DNA of 64,000 bases. Origin: the human T2T-CHM13v2.0 reference genome, Homo sapiens. Location: assembly GCF_009914755.1 (NCBI RefSeq), contig NC_060944.1, one strand, 5' to 3'. The notes under the pieces are model-generated. The model was not told the origin of the DNA and did not search any database. It worked only from the letters and a program-made list of their open reading frames with translations. A program made the position numbers and the translations under genes. This document shows positions 1-26,336 of the stretch, one piece after another; positions within the stretch are counted from its first letter, which is position 1, and every line of letters begins with the position of its first letter.

Positions 1-247
1 GGGTCTCAGGAGGGATCCTGCACTCTATTAAGCACAAGATGGGGTAGGGGTGTCTGATGTACAGAATCTGGACCCCCACGCCCAGCCCTCCTGGCACAGC
101 AGTGGAGAAGACGCCACCTCCATTGAAGGGACAGTATAATAATGAACACATATCTCGCGGCCAGAGTCACCGATTACTGATATTTCACCCATATGAGCAT
201 TATCCCTCTCGGATACATACACATCGTTTTCCCCGCGAGCCATCTGA

Positions 248-4255
<4,008 letters not shown>

Positions 4256-4324
4256 TATTGGTTGAAATTTTTATTAGGAACAGAATATTCACAATCCCAA
4301 AGTAGCACACCACATATTACTTAT

Positions 4325-7845
<3,521 letters not shown>

Positions 7846-7864
7846 TTTTCTTTAAAATACAGAA

Positions 7865-10245
<2,381 letters not shown>

Positions 10246-11258
10246 TAATCTGTCCAAAATAGAGTTTCTTATCCCCAAACTGCTCCACACAGCAAACCCA
10301 TCATAGAAAATGGCAGCTCTTTCTCGTTGCTCACATCAAAACTCTGAGAGTCCACCCTAACTCTTTTCTTTCACACCCATTCCCATGCCCCAGCAGATCC
10401 TACCGGCTGCACCTCGGAAATAGTTTTAGCACTTGTCCCTCGGCCTCCCCGCTAGTCCGGATCAGCCTGATCCTTGCTGGGTCGCTCCTCACAGGTCCCC
10501 TGCTCGTGGACTCGGCCCCCTCTGCGCTATTTTCAACACATCACCCAGAAGGATTCCGTCAAAACCCAAGCCAGGTCGTCACCCCCTGCTCGGAACCCTC
10601 CGACACCCCACATGGCCTACAGGGAGCCACAGAGGGGTCCCTGCTGCTTCTCAGCCCCTCCGGCTCCCGCCCCCATCCTCCTGACCTCCTGCTGCCGGCG
10701 ACCCCAAGCCCGGGAGCCCTCACGGCGGGGCGCACCCCTGCACCTCCTGTCTGCCCAATGTCACTGCCCAGAGCACCCTGCGGAACAGCCCACGCTCCCC
10801 CCAGGTCCCCTTCTCCTTTGAGGCCCCAGGCCGCGGAGCTACTTGTTCATCGTGTTTCCCTCCACGAAACCAGTGCTTCCCGAGTGGTTCCTTCAACCCC
10901 GCTCTGGCGGGCGACCGCTGATGTGGACAGAGCGAGTCACCGGGCGTAGGGGTCCCTGGGAGCCCCCCCACCCACCGCCTCTGCCCTCCCCACGTCGAGA
11001 GCCGTTGCCCGTCAGGGGAAGCTGCACTCCCACGGCCCATACAAGTGGGAGGCCTCTGGGGAAGCGGCCCTGGACATTCCGTTTGCCTCTCTGGAGGGGA
11101 AGGGGTGGCCCAGAGCGAACCCCCACACCCCCTCTCCCATTGCCTGCTCACCCCATCACCTCCCCTCCCTACAAGGCCCTCTGTGCAGCCCGGGCTGGCA
11201 CAGCAAGGAAGGGGGGCTCACCCCAGAGCGCCCCCGCCTGCCAGCCCGTGGGTCGAGG

Positions 11259-11268
11259 CCAAATAAGG
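11259..11268 (+). promoter_or_regulatory. Canonical CArG box (SRF site) CCAAATAAGG
   Basis: Exact CC(A/T)6GG about 100 bp upstream of MYL9 exon 1. MYL9 is an established SRF/myocardin-MRTF target. Confidence 0.85.
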
Positions 11269-11330
11269 CCGGACGGCAGCCGAGGGCCCCCGCACCCCGC
11301 CCGCGGCCCCGCCCCGCGCACATTCTTCTG

Positions 11331-11340
11331 CCTTGTAAGG
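11331..11340 (+). promoter_or_regulatory. Degenerate CArG box CCTTGTAAGG
   Basis: CC-TTGTAA-GG with one G substitution, as is typical of smooth-muscle gene CArGs. It sits about 30 bp before exon 1. Confidence 0.65.
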
Positions 11341-11364
11341 CCCGGCCGCCACGCCCCGCCCCCG

Positions 11365-11435
11365 CCTGGAGTCCAGACCCGACGGCCGGCCCAGTTCCAC
11401 GCACCCAGCGAGCCCAAGCGCCTTCTCCGCACCAG
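11365..11435 (+). other. MYL9: MYL9 exon 1 (5'UTR, non-coding; start approximate)
   Basis: Ends ...CGCACCAG|GTGGGA (donor at 11436) and joins the acceptor TTCCTGCAG|GGAAGCC at 14733. The TSS is not resolvable from sequence alone. Confidence 0.75.
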
Positions 11436-14400
11436 GTGGGATCCGGGGCCCCGGGGGTCTTGAGGACAGGCCTAACGGCCCAGGGCTGGAGATGAGAGGT
11501 GGCCCGGGCCCGACCCGGCTGTCACGGGGGGCAAAGGCGGGCCCCACGGACTGGGACGTGGTAGGGTCTGTTGGGCACGGACTGAGGGGTGAGCTGGGGC
11601 AGCGAGTTTGCTGGGGGCCGACAGGGACTCTGGCCAGGGGCCGGGCAGCAGGAAGGCTGTTCTGGCCTCTGAGAAGCAGTGGTCCTGCGGCAAGGGAAGG
11701 CCATCGTCCAGGCCCTGCCCCTTTGCTGAGGAGCTGGAGATGCCAAGCCCAGAGCTCCGGGGGGGGCTGGGGAGCCCGGGTACAAGGGTGCTGGGGAGAG
11801 GGTTGCAGTCGTCAGTTCCCCCTGGCCCAGTAAAGGCATGTGTGTCACAGATGGAGAAACAGCCCTGTGGGACTCCACGCCCCCACAGCATCTGTGTCCC
11901 CTCCCCATCTCCCATCCCTACACCCTGGGCCAGGGGAAAGGGACCGAGACCAGGGGGCCCTTCCGACACAGCCAGTGCTGTATGCAGGGACCCGGGCCTT
12001 CCCCTCTCTGGGTCATCTCGCCTGTGGGTGGGGAAGGTCTGCGGAGGGCCCTGATGGACTCACCCCTAGGGGGCAGGACGAGGACTAGTGGCTGGGAGAA
12101 CCTGATCCCTGCTCTTCCCAGCCCTCCAGCTGCTCTAAGGAGGAGACTCAGATGAGGTGCACTGAGAAGGAGGCATCTGGCCTGCCCAGCTCCAGGGGCT
12201 GGAGGTCATGGGGGCACTGCCCTGTGCTGGCTTCAGCCCAGCCTTTTCTGTTATGGTGGGAATCTGGACACCAGGATGGGGGACATGGCATCCAGTCACA
12301 TCCAGGCCAAGTATCAGTGCTGACCCCTGGTGTCTAGGGCACCTGAAGGGGGAAGCGATGGCCTCAGAACTAAAGGCCCCACCCATGCCTGCCCCTCGCC
12401 CCTCCACCAGTTCTAGAAGGCGCCTCTGGATACACAGAGCCCTTTCCCACTCCACTGCCACAGGCCCGCCTGAGGACTGGGGCTCCCTGTTTTGTTCAAG
12501 CCTCGAGGGCACCAGCAGCCAAGTTTGCTCTCCACTGACCCAAACCTAGCCCAGGAATCCTGTCTTCCAGGTGGCCCCTCCCCCTCTCATGGGCACTCCA
12601 CTCCCCTTCTGGGGCCTCTTTTCCTAGCTGCACCATGGGGGCACCCCTGCCTCCGCTCACCACTTCCCACAATTGCTGGGGTGGACATGGCGGCCTTGTG
12701 CAAGCCCTTAAGTACAGTGCTCCCAGCCACACCACAGCAGAGAGTGCAGACCGGGTGGCCATGAAGGCAGAGGGGCCCAGCTGGGCTCAGACCCAGCTGT
12801 GGGTGGCCTGGCCATGCCTGCCCTAGAGCTTCATAGAGTGTGGTGGGGACAGTGATGGCCATCACAGCCTCTGTTGGGCACAGTGCACTGCCTCTCTGCA
12901 TGCAGCCTTCTGTGGGCACCAGGAGTCAAAGTTCCCGAGAACACTGGACTCAGGGAAGGACTAGGCCCCTCTAAAGCACGGGAGAGGAGGGGGCCGGCAT
13001 CTGGGGACAATGGCACTCCCAACTAGGTCATGGGTGAGAAGGAATTCTGTCTACCTTCCTGAACCATGCAAGAAACACTGAGGGCTGGGTGTGTCGGTCC
13101 GTGGGACACGGGCAACCACTGTCTCATGACTACAGGCAGTGATGGCCCTGGGGACCAGCTGGGGCTGGCCGGGATCCCAGTCCAGGGTTGATGATCTCAA
13201 AGGCCAAGGACCGAGAATGACTTCAACAGAGTCATGGGAGGAAGGCCTGGAAACAGCTCAAGTTGCAACCACACAGCTTGGGGTGAACAACAGGCAGAGG
13301 AGGCTTCCTGGAGGCCCTGGGCCCGGGGGTTTGGGCAGAGGGAAGAGGGGCCGCAGTCCTGGAACCTCAGCCAGGCCCACTGCCCCAGCCGAGGGAAGGA
13401 GGCACTGGGTCTTCAGGCGCATATCCCCACAAGCTGTGGCAAGCATTCAGGGAAACAGTCCCAGGCCTGGTCTCAGTTTCCCCATCTGTACAGTAGAAGC
13501 AGCAGACTGGCCGTAGTTGCCTTCATATAGTCATTCATCAAACAAGCATCTGTTAGCCCAACTATGGCCTGGGATTGGTGTAAACTGGGGGATCTATGCT
13601 GGCCCACAAGGGAGAGAGATCTTTAAGTGTTTACTGTGGAAGCAAGGGTACAGGGAACAGCTCCCTAGGAGAGGGGGGCGGTCTCAAGAACTGGGCTGGA
13701 GAAGAAAGAGCACAGGGGAGGAGGGGACCACAGAGGAAAGCCTGGGAGTGTCCAGGGAACTGCAGAGGTCAGAAGGGTAGGATTGTGGGTCACAAGAGGG
13801 ACACCACGAGGGCTGTCAGAGAGGCCAGGAGGGACTCACACAGGGCCTTGAATGCCAGGATGAGGGACCCAGACTTGCTCTGAGGGGCAGCAGGAACCTT
13901 CAAGGGCTTCACAATGATAGGTGTAGGTCAGGGTCTGTATGGGACAGAAGAGGCCGGCTGGAGGCTAAGAAGCCAGGTCTAAGCAAGGGTGAAGAAGCTG
14001 GGGTTCTCAGCCCAAGCAAGCCTCACAACCCGATAAGCAGTGGGGAGTGAGAACAAGGAGTGGGACCCAGGATCAGTCTGTGACCACTCACCACTGGGGG
14101 GCTGGTCAAGCTCCCTGAGGTGGACAGGCGGGGGTTTGACTGCCCAGAGCCTCCTAGAACCTCAGGCGGGCAGCAGAGGGATGGAGTGGGAGAGTGAGGA
14201 ACGGCAGGAATGCAGGAATGCTGATCCAGCTCCTTCCTGCAGGGCCAGGGAGCCTGGATGGCAGCCCAGGAGAGCCCTCACTGACTCCCACGAGTGGACC
14301 CACCTTGTCACTTGGAAAGAGAGAGGGACAGTGTAAATGCTATTAAGGATTAAAGGAGATAAAGCATGGTAATGGTTGGCACCAAGCCCAATCCTAAGTG

Positions 14401-14656
14401 TTTTACCCAAACAGTCACAGCCAAAATAGCTGATTCCATGCCCGGCACTGTTCCAGGAGCTCTCGGGCACTGAGTCAGTTAATCCCTACTGCTGGGCACT
14501 CCTCATGTCTCCAGTCCCAGATGAAGACTCTCGGGCTCAGAGAGGTAGAGGAAGTTGTTCAGAATCACACAGCCACACTTGTCTGCTTTTGTGAAGAACT
14601 GGGTGGTGGGAGCCCCAAATCCGTGGGCAGCCTTGAATGCCAGGCCGAAGTGCTAA

Positions 14657-14965
<309 letters not shown>

Positions 14966-15089
14966 TGAGATGGATGAGGCCAGGCAGGCTCTGCCAATCA
15001 TTTACAGGGCACCTCCTGTGTAGTGAGACGCGTGGTGTCCACCTTAGAGAATAGTTGCCATTAACTTAGTCCATTCAACAGGGAAACTG

Positions 15090-15499
<410 letters not shown>

Positions 15500-15585
15500 T
15501 CATTTAAAGAAAGGGGTCAGCTGGCCAGGCGCTGTGGCTCACGCCTGTAATCCCAGCATTTTGGGAGGCCAAGGCGGGCGGATCA

Positions 15586-15882
<297 letters not shown>

Positions 15883-16379
15883 CTAGAGGGGCGGCCAGAC
15901 CAGCTCCCCTCCTTCAGAGGTCACCCATCTCAGGCTCTCATAGCCTCTCTGGTCCCAGTGACTTCCTCAGGATCAGGACCTTAGAACTAACAGGGTACAA
16001 AAATCAAGTCCAATTCTCTACTGCAGATGGGGAAACACAGGCCCAGAGGCAAGGCCTCCACAGACCATGCCCCAACCCACGGGCCTGCCCCAACATCCCT
16101 CCCAAAGTGCTGGCCACAGCCAGCCACTCTCAGCCCAGTTCCCGCGTACCCCTCATGCCGAGTGACAGCATCCAGACCAGACACTGCCTGGGGGAGGGAG
16201 AGTCCAGGACCAGAGGACACAGCCCCGTGACAGTCAAGCCTCGAGCTTTGAGGCCAGAGAGTCAGTCCCTGGTAGGGCCCTGTGCACTTTCCTCTTCCTG
16301 TGAAATGGGGCCATGACCCTGACATTTCCCCACGAGGCACTGAGCAGGAGAACCAGGCAAACCTGAGTGGGAGAACTGA

Positions 16380-16751
<372 letters not shown>

Positions 16752-17174
16752 TGAGCTACCACGCCTGGCCAACTCCAGGGTTCTTATCTGGGGCTTTCCC
16801 AGCTTCGTGGAAGGACTGAGGCCTGGTGAGAGAAGGGGCTGGCCTTAAGTACCCCAGTGTCCTGGCGTCACAGCTCCTCTTGGGCCTCAGCTTCCATGGC
16901 CATCCCAGGGGGACACAGCAGGGTATGTGAGGCTCAGGGACATGAAAACTTCCTATTTCCAAGGCCACACCCTGCACCCAGGCCCCTGAACCCCTGAGAC
17001 TTCATGACAGCCCTGGGTGTCCACCCAGAAAAACATGCACTGTGTTTGTAGCTCATATCCGTGGGTCTGCAGGTGAGTCACACCCTTATCTTCAAGTTAA
17101 AAACAAGAGCAGCAAATATAATAATAAGAAGAAGCCCTGCAGGTATTATCTTAAATCTCAAAGCAATCCTATTG

Positions 17175-17620
17175 AACAGATACAATTATTCCCACTTTAC
17201 AAACAAGGAAACTGAGGCTCAGAGAGGTTAAGTAATTTACCCAAGGTCACACAGCTACCAAGTAGTGGGGCTGCAATAGAAACCCAGCAGTTGATTCCAG
17301 TCCATAGGCCTGTGCCAGTCATTGTTATGAGCCTTTTGCAACTACTGTCTTCACAATTCCCCTAAGAGATGGGGAAAACCAAGGTGCACAGCTGGGATCC
17401 AAACCCAGGCCTGTCTGACAGCAAAGCACTGTGTCTGGACTTTGGAGTTAGGCTGCCTGGGTTCAAATGCCAGGTCTACTCAAGTCTCCTCCTTACTTGC
17501 TGTCTGACCCTGGACAAGTCACCTGGCCTCTCTGTGCCTCAGCTTCCATACCTGTGAAGTGGGTAAGAATGCTGACTTCACAGGGTGGTGAAAGTTAAAT
17601 GCAATAAGGCACGTGGTCGA
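17175..17620. mobile_element. Two oppositely oriented MIR fragments in MYL9 intron 2
   Basis: GGAAACTGAGGCTCAGAGAGGTTAAGTAATTTACCCAAGGTCACACAGC (MIR core), and on the other strand CTCTCTGTGCCTCAGCTTCCATACCTGTGAAGTGGG. Confidence 0.7.
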
Positions 17621-17760
17621 CCAGCCACAGCGAGCAGTCTGCAGAGGGTTGTTCTTATTACACTTTAGTGAGCACTGCCGGCTGCTGACATCCAGGCCAC
17701 AGGAGGAAACTGGTGGGAGCAGCCAGGGACTCCGGGCGCCCACTGCTGTGGCTGCGCTAG

Positions 17761-18138
<378 letters not shown>

Positions 18139-18883
18139 TAAGGGCCAGAACAGACATCACCCATCTCCCAGGTTCTGTCACCAGAACTATAAAAGCCAGG
18201 CCACCTCCTTATTGTCGCCGCAAAGGCTAGGCCAGAACAGCCCATGCCCCAAGACTCCTGCCTTCGTGATCTCCCCCGCTGGCCCAATGCACATTCTCCA
18301 TCTGTTTTAGACCTTTCCAGAAATCAAACCATTTCATGCCTTTCTTGCCAAGAAGGTATAGAAACTGGCCCCCCTCCTCGGATCTCCTAACGGATATTCC
18401 ATCCCTCAGCTCATTTTTCCCAGGGACATGTCAGGGTGATGATGGCCATGGTAACATGGCCATGGGCCCGCACGGGCCTGACTACCTTCACGGTCCCTCA
18501 CTGCAATGGCATACGTTCATCCCTGTTTTCTAGATTAAACAGGCACACGGAGGTTAAGGACCTTGCCCAAAGTCACATAGCTAGGGAGAATGGGAATCAG
18601 CACTGCAACTCAGGCAGTGGAACTCCAGAGCTCACGCTTAAAACAGGGCACACCCAACACCATCTGTGTGCACAGCCTCAAGTTCCCCAAGTGACACCTC
18701 GGAGACAGTCCCACTGCACAACTCCTCCCCTCAGGACCCTGGCACCCCTTCACGTGGGATCCGACACCCCTTCACGTGCACCCCCACACCCCTCCTGCCA
18801 CGTCCTCATTCCTCAGACTGACCAGAGACTAAGATTGTATCTTCCCAGCCCCTCTAGGTCTGCAAGAGCTGCCAGGGGGCTGA

Positions 18884-19123
<240 letters not shown>

Positions 19124-19676
19124 GCCACCCCAGCCCCCTGACACCCCAGCCCCCGCCAGTCACCCCTCCCCGCACACACCCGTCCATACCAGCTCCCTGC
19201 CCATGACCCTCGCTCAGGGATCCCCCTTTGAGGGGTTAGGGTCCCAGTTCCCAGTGGAAGAAACAGGCCAGGAGAAGTGCGTGCCGAGCTGAGGCAGATG
19301 TTCCCACAGTGACCCCAGAGCCCTGGGCTATAGTCTCTGACCCCTCCAAGGAAAGACCACCTTCTGGGGACATGGGCTGGAGGGCAGGACCTAGAGGCAC
19401 CAAGGGAAGGCCCCATTCCGGGGCTGTTCCCCGAGGAGGAAGGGAAGGGGCTCTGTGTGCCCCCCAGGAGGAAGAGGCCCTGAGTCCTGGGATCAGACAC
19501 CCCTTCACGTGTATCCCCACACAAATGCAAGCTCACCAAGGTCCCCTCTCAGTCCCCTTCCCTACACCCTGACCGGCCACTGCCGCACACCCACCCAGAG
19601 CACGCCACCCGCCATGGGAGTGTGCTCAGGAGTCGCGGGCAGCGTGGACATCTGTCCCAGAGGGGGCAGAATCTCC

Positions 19677-19726
19677 AATAGAGGACTGAGCACTGCTTCT
19701 GGTCTGTGTGTCTGTGGCTGGGGTGA
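19677..19726 (+). terminator. MYL9: MYL9 proximal polyadenylation region (variant hexamer AATAGA plus downstream GU-rich element)
   Basis: AATAGA at 19677-19682, followed about 16 nt later by TCTGGTCTGTGTGTCTGTGG. I saw no AATAAA between the stop codon and here. Confidence 0.6.
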
Positions 19727-21407
19727 AGTAAGGGGACCCCGGGCCTGAAACCCTCTCCCACCTTCTCCTGCCATCTCCAGTTACTGCCCTGCTCCTCCCA
19801 CCCTGGCCCAGGGAAGGACTGGGTGTCCTCCGGCCATATGGTCCCTGAAGCCTCTAGGGACCAGAGTCCCTAGTAAGTGGGCTCTGTGCTCAGCTGAGAC
19901 CAGCAGGGGACAGGGGACGGAGGGAATGGGCCTCATGGCCTTCTCAGGGCTTGTGGGAAAGGGAGGACCATGGGAATCACCACAGCCAATCCCGTGGAGG
20001 GTTCCAGGCCTCTTGGGGGGCAGAGGTCAGGCCACACAGCCCTCAGGACTAAAGCTCCGGGTTCCAGAAGAACAGGGAGGCTCCAACAGTGATGAGGCAG
20101 GCGTCCCAGCAGCTCAGGGTTGGAGGTGGGAATGAGGGGTTTCCCAGCCCCAGGCAGGTGGAGGGCGAGTTCAGCCCCAGGACCAACAGCATGGGGGCCA
20201 CAGCTTTCCATGTCCCTGTGTACGCAGGGCAGGCAGGGCCGGGACCCCTGCTACTGGTGGATGATGGGGACACTGATGGCAGTGCCTGGGGCCTAAGAGG
20301 GGCAGAAAGAGCGCTGAATGACTGAGCAGAGAGTCCAGAGGGGCATGGACTGCCTGGGTCACCCAATAGGCCTAGGGAAGAGTGAGGGCCGGACCCACCC
20401 CACCTGACCCCAGCGAGTGGACCCAGCTTGGTCCTGAGGCCTTCTCCAGAGGTCACCCAGCGCAGGCAGCCGCAGCACTCAGCAAAGGTCCCAGATCAGG
20501 GCCAAGGGGGAGCTGAGCACCAGGGGACCCTGTGCCTGACCAGGAGGCCCTAACCTCCTGCAGGCCTCAACGCCAGGCCCTGCTCAGAGCTCGGCTGAAA
20601 CTCCTCATCCTGGCTCCAAACAGAGGCCCAAAAGTCCCTGGTATCAACTCCAGAAGGGGCGAGACCCGAACAAGTTCCAAACCAGGCCCAAATAGTATCC
20701 CAAACTCAGTCCCAAACACATTCTCACCCCCGGCAGCAGGCTGCAGGCCTCCAGCTACACACACGGCCCTGGGCAACTCTCAGTCTGGCCACCCATTCGA
20801 TGCTGCCAGCCCCAAGGGTGTGGGAGGGGGGTCTCAGAGTGTCCCAGGGTACTGGCCACACATGCCCGACACCAGGGTCATAAGGTCCTCTCAGCAGAGC
20901 CACTGCAGCACCAAAGGCATTTCTGGAAGGAGGCAAGGACGCGTCATCTAGATGTCAAGCCCCAGCATGCGATTCTGTCACAGTTCACCCCACCTTCACC
21001 CCGAGACGGAAGACGGAAGAGCTTCGCACACAGGCGGGAAGAGGTCAGGACCAGTCCAGCCTCACTGGCTTCAGAACTGGCCTGGGGGCTACCTTGACCC
21101 ACAGGAAGGGAAGAGGAACGTGCTCTGGGCAGGGCAAGGCAGGACCTGCAGCACCCACAGACCAGCAGTAAAGGACCCCCGGAACTTTCCAAGTCTAGCA
21201 CAAAACCCAGAAGCCACAAAGGAAAATACTGGCAGATTTAAATGCATGAAGTCAACATTCTTTTTGTAGAGCTAAAGAAACCATAAGCAAAATTAAAAGC
21301 CAAATGCATTCTGGGAGGAAATACCTGCAGCATATTTAACAAAACAAGAGTTAACACTAATCTATATAAAGCTTCAGTAATTGAATCAGAAAAAGACAAC
21401 GCCGTAG

Positions 21408-21683
<276 letters not shown>

Positions 21684-21855
21684 TGACCTTGTGATCCACC
21701 CACCTTAGCCTCCCAAAGTGCTGGGATTACAGGGGTGGGCCACCACGCCCGGCCAAAATACATACACTTAATAAGAACATTTTAAATACTCACCAAATAC
21801 ATTTTTAAGTGCTCAACATCATTGTAAAACTGTAAAATTTTCTATTTTTTCCTAG

Positions 21856-22152
<297 letters not shown>

Positions 22153-22155
22153 TAA

Positions 22156-22457
<302 letters not shown>

Positions 22458-22638
22458 TAGCCAATTTTTAAATTTTTGGTAGAGATGGGGTCTCGCTTTG
22501 TTGCCTGGGCTGGCCTCAAACTCTTGGCCTCAAGTGATCCTTCTGCCTCAGCCTCCCAAGTAGCTAAGACTACAAACACATACCACCACACCTGACAGAG
22601 TCCTTTTTTTAAATTCCTCCAAAGGCTAGCACTTTTAA

Positions 22639-22908
<270 letters not shown>

Positions 22909-23587
22909 TAGTAGAGCTGGGGTTTCACCATGTTGGTCAGGCTGGCCTTGAACTCCTGACCTCAGGTGATCTACCCACCTCTGCCTCCCAAAGTGCTTGG
23001 GATTACAGGCGTGAGCCACAGCAACCGGCCTAGATCTTAAAATTTAAGAGACATTATAATTTAATTTGATATACTATGGTGGTAGAAAAACATTTCAAAC
23101 TCATATAGATACAGAAACTTGGAAGCTTCAGTTCTACAGTCTTTCATACATCAAGTTAAACCAAAAAACACAAAAACTCACTGATCCACATCTCAATGGG
23201 CTTTCTCCTTTCAGTGTTTCCTTAAGTGACTTGAGATCACAAACATGCAAAATAACGACCAAAAAAACCTAACAAATCAGGTTTCCTGTCATCTCTCTCT
23301 AGATAAAAAACAGACCCCCACCGTCCTGATGGAGATAAACTAAGAGATCATAAAATCATTGTTGCCAGCTATGAGAAACAGCTTGGTCAAGAGCCAGAAA
23401 CAAAACAGAGAATCAGGCCAGCCTCAGTGGCCCACGCCTGTAATCCCAGCACTTTGGGAGGCCGAGGCAGGCAGATCACACGAGGTCAGGAGTTCGAGGC
23501 TAGCCTGGCCAACATGGTGAAACCTCATCTCCACTAAACATACAAAAATTAGCCAGGTGTGGTGGGGCACACCTGTAGTCCCAGCTA

Positions 23588-23813
<226 letters not shown>

Positions 23814-23831
23814 CTAAAAGTATATAAATAA

Positions 23832-24420
<589 letters not shown>

Positions 24421-24423
24421 TAA

Positions 24424-24558
<135 letters not shown>

Positions 24559-24628
24559 TAGAGGCAGTCTCCCTATGTTGCCCAGACTAGTCTCAAATTC
24601 CTGGGCTCAAGTGATCCTCCTGCCTCAT

Positions 24629-24694
24629 GATATTTTCTATCTGAAGTTGGTTGAATCCATGGATGCAGAACCTGCAGATATGAAGGGACAACTG
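24629..24694. mobile_element. MER2-like DNA transposon end
   Basis: GGTTGAATCCATGGATGCAGAACCTGCAGATATGAAGGGACAACTG resembles a CpG-decayed MER2 terminus. Confidence 0.55.
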
Positions 24695-25675
24695 CAGTCA
24701 GAAAGAAAAGCAAATTAAAAATAAGAAGCCACTTTATGCCCATCAGATTGTCAAAATTTGGAGAGAGGGATGATACCATTGGAAAAGATGCAGAGAATCC
24801 TAAGGCGATGAGAGGACAGACTGGCGCACCAGTGCAGGACAGCAACCACGCAGCACCTGTGAGCAAGCAAATCCCTTCTGATGCAGCAACTCCACACTTG
24901 GAAACGTATACCAGAGGAATTGTGCATAGGCCCAGAAGGGGCAGGAACAGTTCACTGAGGCAGCACTGACAGTAACAGGGAACTGGAGGGGACCTACTTA
25001 TCTATCAAGAGGAAAATCAGTAAGTGAAACGTGATGAATGCATACTGTGGATACCATGCAGGACTCAATGTCCATACCTCAACAGGGCTGCATATCAAAA
25101 GCAATATGAGGGAGAAAAGACATGGGATGAGAGTATCGCCCAAGAACTTCAGTGTAATTTTAAAACATGCAGACTTAACCACTGCAGAATTGCCCAGGGG
25201 ACTCTTCATACATAGCCAAGGACCCATTCAAAACCCTCAAGAGTGGATTCCTAGGGTGAGGTGGGGCTTAGAGGTAGTGCCTGGGGACATATTGATGGCC
25301 TTGTGTCCTGAATGCAGTGTGTCATATGCAAGTGAGGAGGACAAGGAAGAGATGGGGCCACGCTGACTGGGAAGAGAGAAAGAGTGAAGCTTATATAAGA
25401 TAGTACCTGAAATTAACAGGGTCCTACCTGATGAATAAACCTCAATAAGGACAAGCATGGATGGAGAAAGGACACAAGAACTGATTGAGGTCTATCTGGA
25501 ATTCAGGAGGAACCCTGGTCATTACCTTTAACTGATGAAAAAACAAAGCCAATCGCCCAGGCGCAGGGGCTCATGCCTGTACTCCCAGCACTTTGGGAGG
25601 CCGAGGTGGGCAGATCACCTAAGGTCGGGAGTTCGAGACCAGCCTGACCAACATGGAGAAACCCTGTCTCTACTA

Positions 25676-25828
<153 letters not shown>

Positions 25829-26165
25829 CTATCTTAAAAAAAGAACAAAGCCAAACTGAAGGAGGAACTTTGCCCGTGGTCTCTGGGCTAGAGAATGGGG
25901 CAAGGTAAGGAGAAGGATGTGGAGCCAGATGGGACGCGCCGCAAATACCCAGAGATCTTTTTTTTGAGACAGGGTCTATCTTTGTCACCCAGAATGGAGT
26001 ACAATGGTGCGATCATGGCTCACTGCAGCCTTGACACCCTGGGCTCAAGCAATCCTCCTGCCTCAGCCCCCACAAGTAACTGTGACTACATGTGTGCGCC
26101 ACCACACCTGGCTAATTCTTGTATTTTTTGTAGACACGGGGTTTCATCATGTTGCCCAGGCTGGC

Positions 26166-26336
26166 ATACAATATTTTTAATCATTCTGTGCACAATACAA
26201 AGTTTTGACTGTGACCCGTCACACATGGTGAATTATGGAATATTCCACTCGTGGCGTCATGTTGGTGCTCAAAACGTTTCAAATTTTGGAGAATTTCAGA
26301 CTTTGGATTTTCAGATCAGGGATGCTCAACATGTAT
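26166..26336. mobile_element. Tigger4/MER46-like DNA transposon fragment
   Basis: Ends GGATTTTCAGATCAGGGATGCTCAACATGTA, matching the remembered Tigger4 terminal repeat plus TA. Confidence 0.6.

Larger units (their letters stand above)
10440..11640 (+). promoter_or_regulatory. MYL9: MYL9 CpG-island promoter
   Basis: CpG/GC-rich, Alu-free stretch. Contains a canonical CArG box (11259), an MCAT-like ACATTCTT (11320-11327), a CArG-like box (11331) and GC boxes (11307-11316, 11353-11366) directly upstream of a non-coding exon ending at a GT donor (11436). Boundaries approximate. Confidence 0.85.

Noticed and set aside
10433-12054. Multiple overlapping 100-200-aa ORFs around the MYL9 promoter
   Set aside because: GC-rich promoter and intron sequence open in many frames, with no domain similarity.
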